From Candidatus Latescibacterota bacterium (GTDB taxonomy: Bacteria; Latescibacterota; CBDEFO01): a stretch of DNA of 64,000 nt. The notes beneath the pieces are model-generated. The model was not told where the DNA came from and ran no database searches. It saw only the letters and a list, made by a program, of their open reading frames with translations. Positions 52,496-62,000 of the stretch are shown here, in pieces (within the stretch, counting starts at the first letter, position 1; every line of letters begins with the position of its first letter). Both the position numbers and the translations under genes were made by a program. The stretch covers positions 1,120,001 through 1,184,000 of the forward strand of contig CBDEFO010000008.1 of assembly GCA_965237525.1 (NCBI GenBank), read 5' to 3'.

Positions 52496-53482
52496 ATGGC
52501 AAAGAACACTATACAGAGGGGGAGAGCCGATGTTGTGTCTCCGAGATTGCTTCGGGTCCCCCGATTCAATCGGGGAAGCAATCTCCTTTATCTACTGTCT
52601 ACTATCTACTGTCTACTATCTACTGTATCTTACGCCGGGATAGATCCGGATGCCGGCAGGACCGGACTCTCATTCTTGAAGATAGGCGTAGGCGCAAGGG
52701 CCGCCGCAATGGGGTCTGCCTACACCTCCGTGTCGAAAGATCAATCATCAGCTTACTGGAATCCCGCAGGTCTCATTGGAGTAAAGGGCAGAGACGTCTT
52801 ACTTGTTCACAACGAATGGATACAGGATATAAGCCACGACTACGCCGGTGCCGCCTTTGGAGGAGAGGACAGAGCGTTTGCCCTGAGTGTTATCATAAAC
52901 TCCGTCGGAGGATTGGAAAGGAGGACAGGAGCTTCGTTGAAACCTTTGGGGAATTTTAGCGTCTATGATTCAGCGGTCTTGTTGTCCTACGCCCAAAGGG
53001 TTCACGATAATGTGAGCGTGGGCGCGACGGTCAAATGGCTCGCCGAGAAGATACATGTGGAAAGCGCACTCGGAGCGGCGCTGGATCTCGGAGCCATCTA
53101 TACATATAAGAACTTTGCAGGGGGATTCTCATTGAAGAACGTCGGAGGGATGAACAAGCTAAATGAAGAATCGGTAGATTTGCCTGTTGAAGTAAGGTTC
53201 GGAGCCTCTTATCTATTATCAGCTTTAGAATGGGGAGATATCTTAGCCTCGACTGACGTAAGGGTGCCGAACGACTCGGATGTTAGTTTCCACGCCGGAA
53301 TCGAATGGGAGTACAGCAGGATATTTGCTTTGAGATTCGGCGGACAAAGCGGGAGCGACACGATGGATATTTCCACGGGGTTCGGACTCAGATTTACAAG
53401 ATGGAGGCTGGACTATGCCTTTGTTCCCTTGAACTTCGGGCTTGGAAATTCGCACAGATTTGCAGTAGGCCTGACAGATTAG
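52496..53482 (+). CDS. PorV/PorQ-family outer-membrane protein
   Basis: FLKIGVGARAAAMGSAY...YWNPAGL...LDYAF...LGNSHRF. Confidence 0.87.
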   Translation: MAKNTIQRGRADVVSPRLLRVPRFNRGSNLLYLLSTIYCLLSTVSYAGIDPDAGRTGLSFLKIGVGARAAAMGSAYTSVSKDQSSAYWNPAGLIGVKGRDVLLVHNEWIQDISHDYAGAAFGGEDRAFALSVIINSVGGLERRTGASLKPLGNFSVYDSAVLLSYAQRVHDNVSVGATVKWLAEKIHVESALGAALDLGAIYTYKNFAGGFSLKNVGGMNKLNEESVDLPVEVRFGASYLLSALEWGDILASTDVRVPNDSDVSFHAGIEWEYSRIFALRFGGQSGSDTMDISTGFGLRFTRWRLDYAFVPLNFGLGNSHRFAVGLTD

Positions 53483-53655
53483 TGGGGGAATATCCGCGTT
53501 TCTGCTCTGACTTGGGCGTGTCAGAAAGGAATGTCTGACCCACAACAATAGTGTGTTGATAATGTGGTGGGTAGGACGACATTTTTGTCTGTCCATTTGC
53601 TTGGGGTTCACCCCTGCATTAAACGGAAAACTAAAGGAAAGGCAGGAGAGTCACC

Positions 53656-54609
53656 TTGCTGTGGAAGCGGAACGGAAAAGTGAATTTGCCCGAGGGGAAA
53701 GAATGGGTTCAACCGGGCTTGTCTCCCTATCAGATGTGGACTCCGCATCAGCCGAAGCCCTCCAATCCTGCCATTAATGTACTGCTGTTTATCCTTACAG
53801 CAATTACCACGACGACCGCAGGAGCTATGATGAGACCCGATGTCGATCTGGCTGCAAATCCTCTACTGTTTTATAAGGGCCTGCCGTTTTCAGCGAGTCT
53901 GCTTTTGATACTCGGTGTTCACGAGTTCGGACACTATTTCGCCGCAAGGAGCTGGAACGTAAAAGCCACGCTTCCCTATTTTATACCGGAGCCTTTCCTT
54001 ATGTTCATAGGCACGTTCGGCGCTGTGATCAAGATAAAATCTCCCATACCGAACAGAAAAGCGTTAGTGGACATCGGAGCCGCAGGACCCCTTGTGGGTT
54101 TCGTAGCGGCCATCATCGTATCTGTAATCGGACTCAGCATGTCAGAGACAGTATTTGCTACAGAGGCAGTCGAAAGGCCTTCCATCGAATTGGGAGATTC
54201 ATTAATCTTTTTGCTGCTTTCTAAGATCGTAGTGGGTGAGCTGGCCTCTGATGCGCAGCTTTATCTCCATCCTGTGGCTTTTGCCGGATGGATCGGACTC
54301 TTTGTCACGGCTCTGAATCTTCTGCCCATAGGTCAATTGGACGGAGGACATATAACCTACTCTCTTTTTGGGAGATGGCACCGCCTCATATCGAAGCTAG
54401 CGATTGTCGGACTTGTGGTCTTGGGGTTCGTATCCGGGTGGTACGGGTGGTTCCTTTGGGCGTTTATGTCTCTGTTTGTCTTCGGAAGGCGACATCCACC
54501 TCCTTATGACTCGTATATCGTGTTGGATAATAGACGCAGAGCCCTTGGCTACTTATCTATGGGGATTTTTGTAGTTTGCTTTATGCCGGCTCCGATAAGC
54601 ATAGCCTGA
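53656..54609 (+). CDS. Site-2 protease (M50)
   Basis: HEFGH, GAAGP, LNLLPIGQLDGGHI; multiple TM helices; start uncertain. Confidence 0.92.
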   Translation: MLWKRNGKVNLPEGKEWVQPGLSPYQMWTPHQPKPSNPAINVLLFILTAITTTTAGAMMRPDVDLAANPLLFYKGLPFSASLLLILGVHEFGHYFAARSWNVKATLPYFIPEPFLMFIGTFGAVIKIKSPIPNRKALVDIGAAGPLVGFVAAIIVSVIGLSMSETVFATEAVERPSIELGDSLIFLLLSKIVVGELASDAQLYLHPVAFAGWIGLFVTALNLLPIGQLDGGHITYSLFGRWHRLISKLAIVGLVVLGFVSGWYGWFLWAFMSLFVFGRRHPPPYDSYIVLDNRRRALGYLSMGIFVVCFMPAPISIA

Positions 54610-54670
54610 TATTCGCTTTCCCGTGTTACGATAAGATGAAAAGTGGTGTAGAGATGAAGAGTCACCATAT

Positions 54671-55270
54671 ATGATAAGACACGTTTGCATATTCTTGATA
54701 GCGGCGATCTGGACTTCGGGATGTTCAAATCCCTTCTCGACCAGGGATGACCAAGTCCAACCTCCCACGGGAGGCAGGTCACCTATCGGCACTGCGGTCC
54801 GTGGGGAAGAACTATTGGAGAATTTGAAAGAAGCTGTGCAAAGTCTAAGGCCGGCCGATTATCTTCAGCTTCTGTCGGACGACTTCATCTTTACGCCCGA
54901 TGAGAAGGACTCCAGCGACTTTAGCCATATATACGACGATCTCTGGGACAAAGAAAAAGAGGAGAGTTTTGCCGATTTCTTTTTGAGCGACAGCCTCTTG
55001 GTCAGATCCATCAGTATGCTTGGAAACTGGCCTCCGACGCTCTTTGAAGCTTCATCAGATGGGAACCAGGAGGAATACAGAGACAATTATATAGCTACAA
55101 TATTCTACCTTGAAGAACGAGAAGATACCCCACGTAGGATCAGCGGGGAGTTCTGGCTCTCCTTGAGAAAAAATGAGGAAGGAAGCTGGGAATTGTTCAG
55201 ATGGCGGGACTTCAAGACGAGTCAGGAAGAAAGCACCTGGGGCGAACTCAGAGCCAGGTTTCTAAATTAA
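54671..55270 (+). CDS. Hypothetical lipoprotein
   Basis: TSGC|SNPFS lipobox; paralog of the next gene. Confidence 0.75.
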   Translation: MIRHVCIFLIAAIWTSGCSNPFSTRDDQVQPPTGGRSPIGTAVRGEELLENLKEAVQSLRPADYLQLLSDDFIFTPDEKDSSDFSHIYDDLWDKEKEESFADFFLSDSLLVRSISMLGNWPPTLFEASSDGNQEEYRDNYIATIFYLEEREDTPRRISGEFWLSLRKNEEGSWELFRWRDFKTSQEESTWGELRARFLN

Positions 55271-55453
55271 GTATCAAGTCAAAATAGTCTGGAGATTATA
55301 GAGGTCCAAATAGAACAGACAAGAAAACCTGTTCTACCAACATGCATAACAAGGTAGGTCGGACATTCTTATCTGGCAATTCTTTCTAGGTGAGGCTCTC
55401 CGGTCTACTTATTTCGAAGTCCCTTAATTTCTTCAACAGGAGGCGACAAGAAA

Positions 55454-56110
55454 ATGTTTATGAAGTCCGACGTTTGTATTGCAGCAGTATGTGCGGTCTT
55501 GGTCTTTACGCTTATGATAGGATGCGGAAATCCCTTTTCCCCTCCAACAACTAAGCCACCCGGAAACAATGGCAATGGTGGCAACGGAAGTGGTAACGGT
55601 GGTGGGACCGGAGGAGGCAACGGAGGTGGTAACGGTGGTCCTATCCCAGATGCCACACAGGCTGAGATCCTCCTTGAAAACCTGGATTTTGCTATGGATA
55701 ATAGGGACATCGAGGTCTATGAAGACCTGCTCGATGAAAGGTATTGGTTCACAGAACGGAGCGAGACGGACACTCTGGATATTGCCTGGGGAAAGGATCG
55801 AGATGTAACAATTATAACAAAAATCTTCAAGGAGTTCACGACATTTGATTTCGATTTTACACAGGCTGGAGGCACCCGCGGGAGGTTCACAGAGCCAAAG
55901 GGAACTGTTCTTCCAGCATTTGAGGGCGACCCTGACGCTCATGAAGACGAGGATTGGGAGGTGTTCTTCGGTCCTGTGAATATGCTTATGGTGGATGAGA
56001 CAGGGGAAAACGGCTTCCGCGTAAATCAGAATATGACCTTTAAGCTGAGACAGAATGAAGAGGGTATGTGGAAGATAGTTCGGTGGGATGATGATCCTCT
56101 CACCCGGTAA
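55454..56110 (+). CDS. Hypothetical lipoprotein with a Gly/Asn linker
   Basis: MIGC|GNPFS lipobox; GNGG repeats; AGGAGG RBS. Confidence 0.78.
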   Translation: MFMKSDVCIAAVCAVLVFTLMIGCGNPFSPPTTKPPGNNGNGGNGSGNGGGTGGGNGGGNGGPIPDATQAEILLENLDFAMDNRDIEVYEDLLDERYWFTERSETDTLDIAWGKDRDVTIITKIFKEFTTFDFDFTQAGGTRGRFTEPKGTVLPAFEGDPDAHEDEDWEVFFGPVNMLMVDETGENGFRVNQNMTFKLRQNEEGMWKIVRWDDDPLTR

Positions 56111-56181
56111 GCGACTCCTCTTGTGATTTAACCTTTGGGGAAGAAAGATTGAGCCTTTCTTCCCCATATTTTTGATCTGAT

Positions 56182-57357
56182 ATGGACAGGGATAGAAGGC
56201 GCAGACCGCGCGCTCGGAGCATGGCCAAAAGGAAGAGGTCACTCAAACCTCTACTATGGACGTTAGTGCTCCTTTTTGTTATTTCTGCGGGAGCAGCGCT
56301 CATATACCGCAGCGTAACTGTCAAGGGCTCATCGGAAGGGGTTGTGCAAGAACCTTACCCTCTTTCTGCTATCTCCGACAGCCGCGTCTTTTCCGACAGT
56401 CTGAACGTCTATTTAGATCGTGTCCTTGGGGGATTGGGCATCGAGGGTGATTTGATAAACAAATATCCTCGATCCGACAGAGGGCCTAAAAGGACGCGGG
56501 TGAGAGTCCCTAAGGATCTGTCCTTATTAGTGTGCAATCTGGAGGTATCCCGTCTTGTAAAGGATCTGGGTGGAGAGGTACTGGAAGCCCGGCAGAATGA
56601 GAAGGGAACAAAGGTATCGATCCGCGCCGGGATGGACGGAGTGGAGACGGATCTGATACTCCTTTCAAGGGATGATAGAATAGTCCGCAAAAAGGGAAAG
56701 ATCGCAATTGTACTGGATGATTTTGGCTATCAGCGCATGGAGCTGGCAAGGGAGTTCTGCAGGCTTCCGCAGAGCCTGACTTTAGCAGTCTTTCCGGACA
56801 CGGACAACTCACAAAAGATAGCGCAAATGGCTCTGGATGGGGGCCACGAGGTTATGATCCATCTGCCCATGGAGCCGAAGGGTTTCCCTCTGCAGAAGCC
56901 GGGAGAAGGGGCGGTATACACAATCTATTCGACACGGGAGATAAAAAGGATCACAAAAAAGGCCATAAGGGCGATGCCGAAGGCCCTCGGACTCAGCAAT
57001 CATATGGGTTCCAGGGCAACCGAGGATATGAGAGTTATGAGAGCTGTGCTTTCGGAGATTAAACGGAACAAACTCTACTTTGTAGATAGCAGAACGTCCT
57101 CCAATTCAATAGCGTATGATCTGGCAGAAAAGATGGGGATACAGTGCGCTAAGGCGTCACTGTTTATAGATAATCCCGACGATGTCATGACGATAGAAGA
57201 AAGGCTTATGCAGGCCGCCGACCTCGCCGCTGGAGAAGGGACGGTTATAGCGGTCGGTCACGATAAGGCAGAGACGCTCCACGCCCTTCGCGCTGTCCTT
57301 CCAAAGCTGGAAAAGAGAGGATTTAAATTCGTGAAGGTGTCGGATATAGTGAATTAA
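56182..57357 (+). CDS. Divergent polysaccharide deacetylase (YibQ/DUF610)
   Basis: IAIVLDDFG, HLPMEP, NHMGS, FVDSRT, IAVGH; N-terminal TM anchor. Confidence 0.92.
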   Translation: MDRDRRRRPRARSMAKRKRSLKPLLWTLVLLFVISAGAALIYRSVTVKGSSEGVVQEPYPLSAISDSRVFSDSLNVYLDRVLGGLGIEGDLINKYPRSDRGPKRTRVRVPKDLSLLVCNLEVSRLVKDLGGEVLEARQNEKGTKVSIRAGMDGVETDLILLSRDDRIVRKKGKIAIVLDDFGYQRMELAREFCRLPQSLTLAVFPDTDNSQKIAQMALDGGHEVMIHLPMEPKGFPLQKPGEGAVYTIYSTREIKRITKKAIRAMPKALGLSNHMGSRATEDMRVMRAVLSEIKRNKLYFVDSRTSSNSIAYDLAEKMGIQCAKASLFIDNPDDVMTIEERLMQAADLAAGEGTVIAVGHDKAETLHALRAVLPKLEKRGFKFVKVSDIVN

Positions 57358-57610
57358 GCCCGAATAATTCACAAAAAAAGGCCGTGTATTAATTAAGGAA
57401 TTGTATTATATTATTAGTTATGCCGTTTAACCAGCTTCGGTGTCATTGCGAGCCGAAGGCGAAGCAATCTCGATTCTGTGGTAGATGTAATACTCTCCGG
57501 CTCTCATAGGAGACCACTATAAAACCTTGAGATTGCTTCCCCGATAGACTCAATCGGGGACCGCTTTGCTCCTCGCAATGACTCCGCCAAGTTTATGAAT
57601 TAATCGGGTG
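57357..57610 (-). mobile_element. MITE-like element, copy 3 (inverted)
   Basis: AGCCCGAATAATTCA...TGAATTAATCGGGT; overlaps the TAA stop of the upstream gene. Confidence 0.85.
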
Positions 57611-57733
57611 AAGTATCGGGCTAAATATGAGTAGGCAGTATATGGAACTGAGCGCACTCGCGGGTTCGGCTCTGACGATTTTCCTCTACGTTCATTCGCA
57701 GGGGCAAACTTGTGTGTCCGCCCTAATCTACTG

Positions 57734-58675
57734 CTACCAGGCGCGCTTTTGCGCCTTTTCTAAGGCGGCGTTGATCTCTTGATTCATGCGAAGAGCCGCT
57801 GCCCTAGCAGCTTTTCCGAATTCACGGGGTCCGTATAGGTTTGACTCATCTTTATATGCAAATATGATTCCCCTTGAGGAGTTCACCACTGCCCCCAATC
57901 CGTCCGGGTTGAAGTAGGAGATCACATCAGCTGCGGTGGCGCCCTGGGCGCCGTATCCGGGGACAAGGAGGTAGGATCTGGGCATTATGTGTCTCAGATC
58001 GTCCGCCTGTCCTGGAAATGTGGCTCCAACTACCCCTCCCACACATTTATAACCCCTGTTTCCCTCTGTGCTCTTTCCCCATCTGTCCACCATCTCTCCC
58101 ACGACTTCGTAGATGTGCCTGCCGTCTGTCTTTAAGTCCTGAAGTTCCTCTGACGATTTGTTAGATGTCTTGACAAGTACAAAGATGCCTTTTCCCCGAT
58201 CTCTTGCCCTCTGGATGAAGGGAAGAACGCCGTCTGAGCCGAAATAGGGGTTGACGGTTATGGCGTCCAGATTATATGGAGAAAGTTCATCTCCCAGGTA
58301 GGCGTCTGCATATGCCTCGGACGTTGAGCCTATATCGTTTCTCTTAACGTCGCCTATGACTATCAAGCCCTTATCCTTAGCGTAGTCTGCTGTCTCGGCG
58401 AACGCCCTGACGCCCCAGTGGCCATATCTTTCGTAGAAGGCGATCTGAGGTTTGACGGCGGGGACTATATGCACGACCGAGTGTATGATCTCTCTGTTAA
58501 AGCGCAAAATCGCCTCAGAGGCGGCCTGGAAGGGATCCTGGAACTCTGCACAGCTCTCCTCCCTTATAAAATCGGGAATCATCTCCATCCTCGGATCCAG
58601 TCCCACAACGGTGTGGCTCTGCTTTTCGATTATTTTTTGAATCAACCTATCTGTGAAGTTCATTGTCTCTTTCAT
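57734..58675 (-). CDS. pyrF: Orotidine-5'-phosphate decarboxylase
   Basis: VGLDP, VKPQIAFYE, DVKRNDIGST, LVPGYGAQG, NSSRGI. Confidence 0.95.
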   Translation of the reverse strand: MKETMNFTDRLIQKIIEKQSHTVVGLDPRMEMIPDFIREESCAEFQDPFQAASEAILRFNREIIHSVVHIVPAVKPQIAFYERYGHWGVRAFAETADYAKDKGLIVIGDVKRNDIGSTSEAYADAYLGDELSPYNLDAITVNPYFGSDGVLPFIQRARDRGKGIFVLVKTSNKSSEELQDLKTDGRHIYEVVGEMVDRWGKSTEGNRGYKCVGGVVGATFPGQADDLRHIMPRSYLLVPGYGAQGATAADVISYFNPDGLGAVVNSSRGIIFAYKDESNLYGPREFGKAARAAALRMNQEINAALEKAQKRAW

Positions 58676-58932
58676 AGTTTATCTAAATGTCTAAAGAAGT
58701 CATCAGCGTTATCGAAGCCGGTCACTCTCCCCTCACGTATATCCCTTTCGGACTCACGCATGCCTTTTTGCCATTCCTCCGTCCAGAAGTAGGCTTGGTC
58801 TTCATCAATAAGCCCAGCCTCGACAGCGACTTTAATTTCGTCCTGGGTCAGACCGACAGAATTGAGTATGTCTCTGTTTATCTTGTTGATCTTGTTCCGC
58901 GCAATAGCCAAGTTACGGTGATTATCAGACAT
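58672..58932 (-). CDS. Antitoxin-like protein (DQAxFWTxEWQ motif)
   Basis: IDEDQAYFWTEEWQKGMRESERDIREGRV resembles C-termini of AbrB/MazE-type antitoxins. Confidence 0.6.
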   Translation of the reverse strand: MSDNHRNLAIARNKINKINRDILNSVGLTQDEIKVAVEAGLIDEDQAYFWTEEWQKGMRESERDIREGRVTGFDNADDFFRHLDKL

Positions 58933-59045
58933 AAGGACGCTAACTCCTTCCTACGATGGATCTCTATTGAGCATAGGCATCTGCGAGATCTACGGAGTCT
59001 GCGATCCCATAGATGCCCTCTATCTTGTTGGCTTCAACCATAAGG

Positions 59046-62000
59046 TTATGCCGTTCCAAAGTTTTCCAGAAAGATTACAAAGTCGGAGAGTCCGACCTCT
59101 CCATTGTCGTCCAGATCGAACAGCGGATCCCAATCGGTTGAACTGGCCGTCGTGGCGAACGCATCTAAAAAAAGGACAAAATCGGAGAGACCTACTTGGC
59201 TATCCCCGTCGAAATCCCCCAAGAGCGGCTCTGATGCGAGGAAGGGCTCGAAATCTACGCTTCCCTGAATCTGCGCGGCGATCTCTTCAAGAATAACTGT
59301 GCCCCACCAGTTGCCTTCGGCGTTTACCTCTCGAAAAGTTAGATTCTGCACGGAGATGTTGTTGCCGAGGAAGGAATTGCGTCTTATACGCTCAGGAATT
59401 CTGCCTCCTTCTATCCTCAATGCCGTGGATGCCTCCCGAAATGTGTTATATGTTATCCGGGGCGATGAGGATATGGAGGCTATGCCGATCTGGTTAAAAG
59501 TGAAGGTATTCTCCTCTATGTCCAGAGATGCCACGTCCCTTAATTCTATGCCCGTAGGGTCGGCAAATAACGAACGGACGATTTCCCCGGAAGTTTCTGA
59601 TAAACTAAGTCCAACTTCCCTGTTGTTCCTGATAATGCTGTCGGATATGTGCACCTGACCGCTCCATTCAGAGAGATCTATGCCCTCTTTGGCGTTCCTT
59701 TCGATTAGGCAGTCTCGGAGGTCGATTATGTGATCTTCGCCCGCAGAACCCTCGACTCCGGACCGATTTTGGAGGTTGATATTGCCAAGTGCACTTTGAA
59801 TATCCCCGTTTCCCGAAAAGGTGCACCCCTCAGCCTGAACGGAGCAGTTGTCCGTGGATAATCCGACTCCTACGTTATTTCTGATGGTGCAGTCCTTCAA
59901 AACCACAGATCCAGTTCCGCTCACATTTATCCCCCCCGACGCTCCGTTCTGCTCGATAGTCGTCCTTTCGAGGTTCAAAGTGCCATCACTAATCCTGAGA
60001 CTGATGCCGCCTCCGGGAGTAGACCTGATTATGGAGTCCCTCAGATAAGCCTGCGCTCCTTTGAGTTCTCCAGTAAGGGCAAAAGCTGGAAACTGAAGCA
60101 GTGTAAAGCTCATATCGAGGACTCCTCCGGGCACAAGCTTTATGCCGCCCCAGGCTTGGTCTGCGTCTCTAATCTGACTCAGCATGGATGTAAATAATAC
60201 ACCGCTTGCCGACGTTCCGGACGCTATCAGGGAACCTTCCACTATGAGCTCACATCGCAGTGGGTCGGCTCCTCGACCTGCCCAATCTCTATCGGCAAAG
60301 CGCACAGTCGTCCCGGCAGATACTGTCAGGGTGGTGCCTTCGGGAATTGTCATGTCTTCAGGAACGATGACTGTTCCTGACCATGTCGCATCTTCCGGAA
60401 GACGCTGTCTTACGAAGCCAAATTCTGATCCTTCGATTACTACTCCTGCTCTATTTATATCCTTTTGATCGTTTATAAGTCTTATGCCGTACCAATCTGT
60501 TTCGGATGGAAAGAGAGATAAGGAGGCTAGATTTATAGGATTCGAAGGATTCCCCTCAAGCAGGAGGCGACCGTAGATTATAAGCTCGCACCTATCTGGA
60601 TCTACACCGCTTTTCCTGACGTCGCCCTTGGAGATTCCGACCTGGGTCCCTGATGCGATAGTAAGCGTAGCACCGAAGTCAACTATCACATCGCCCGGTA
60701 CATTAACCGTCCCCGACCATGTAGTGTCCTGGGAAATTCGTCCGGGCGCCGGAGAGCCGATCATGAAATCCACTATCATATTGTTGCCGCTCTTTCTGAT
60801 ATTCTCCACAACGATCCCCGTACTTATAGTCTGGCCGAATCCCCCGTAGGCGTTGCTGCTGGGATTCGACTCAGAATCGAACGATGTGAAAGCTATCCCA
60901 TCGAAAGGATCGGTGGCATCTCCGAGGTTGCCGTCGTTAGCCTCCGCAAAGTCAGCGTCTCTTGACCATCGGTCGAGTTGATCCGCTCCGCTCGAAGGAT
61001 CTTCAGATCCGGCCTTAAGAAGGCCATCTGCGCACTCCAAATCGACCTGCTTGTGTCTTTCTTCATCGTTGTCAGCTGTCATATCCACATGCCAGATGAA
61101 GATGCCTCCACCGGGGATATTCCTGTCGTAGTATCCTCCCGATTTTTGTCTGTTTTCGACTAAAAAGTACTCCTCGTTGCTTATATGGATTTTGTAGACC
61201 TTACCTCCCATCTCTGAATCAGATATTACTACGTTCCTCATCGTCTCCTGGACAACGACCAGATTGTCATTCTCTCTTCCGATCCACCCCAACTGTTCCT
61301 TGCACCAGGCCGAAAAGGGGTTGGGGCCGTCTGTGCCTGACCATCCCAAGGTTCCCCGACCCATCATACCCCAGTTGCCTATTCCCGCGCCGTCGTCCTG
61401 TAGGTCCAGGTTAGGATTGGAAAGGAACGTCTGGTCAAAGAGGTCCGGTAGTCCGAAGACGTGCGCGAATTCGTGGGCTATCGTGCCCGCGGTGCTGGCA
61501 AAATTTCTAACCCTCTGCGTAGTGCCCCCCATCGCTGTAAATATCCCGGGAACCTTTATGAATCCGCCGCCGCTCTTTGTGTCGTTTGTGATAAAATCAT
61601 TCTTAAATCCGAGGGATGCAATGCCCGTCGCGGTGCCTATGAAAAAGCCGGTGGGTCTGCTCCTTAAGTTGATTGTGACGAAGTCCACAAAGCCGTCGTC
61701 GTCTCCCGAATTGGGGATATTATCCGGGCCGTCGTTGTCGAACTCGCCGAAGTCTATGTCGTTATCTACCTTGCTCAAGATCTCTAAGTTGAACTGATCG
61801 AATTTTCCGAGCTGTCGTTCAGGTGCTATAACGTATTCCTGGGCGGGAAAGTCCGATTCGTATCTCTTCCTCAGCACAGTTCCCGCCGCCTCTAACGCCC
61901 CAGAAGACATGCTCTCGTAAAAGTGGCTGAAGCTCCCTTCTCTGTTCGGGTCGAATATGTCATTTGCAAAGGAGGGGGCCAGGGAATCGGCAGGGGCTTC

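Noticed and set aside
55562..55640. GGN-rich DNA repeat as an independent element
   Set aside because: Explained as a Gly/Asn linker in the lipoprotein.
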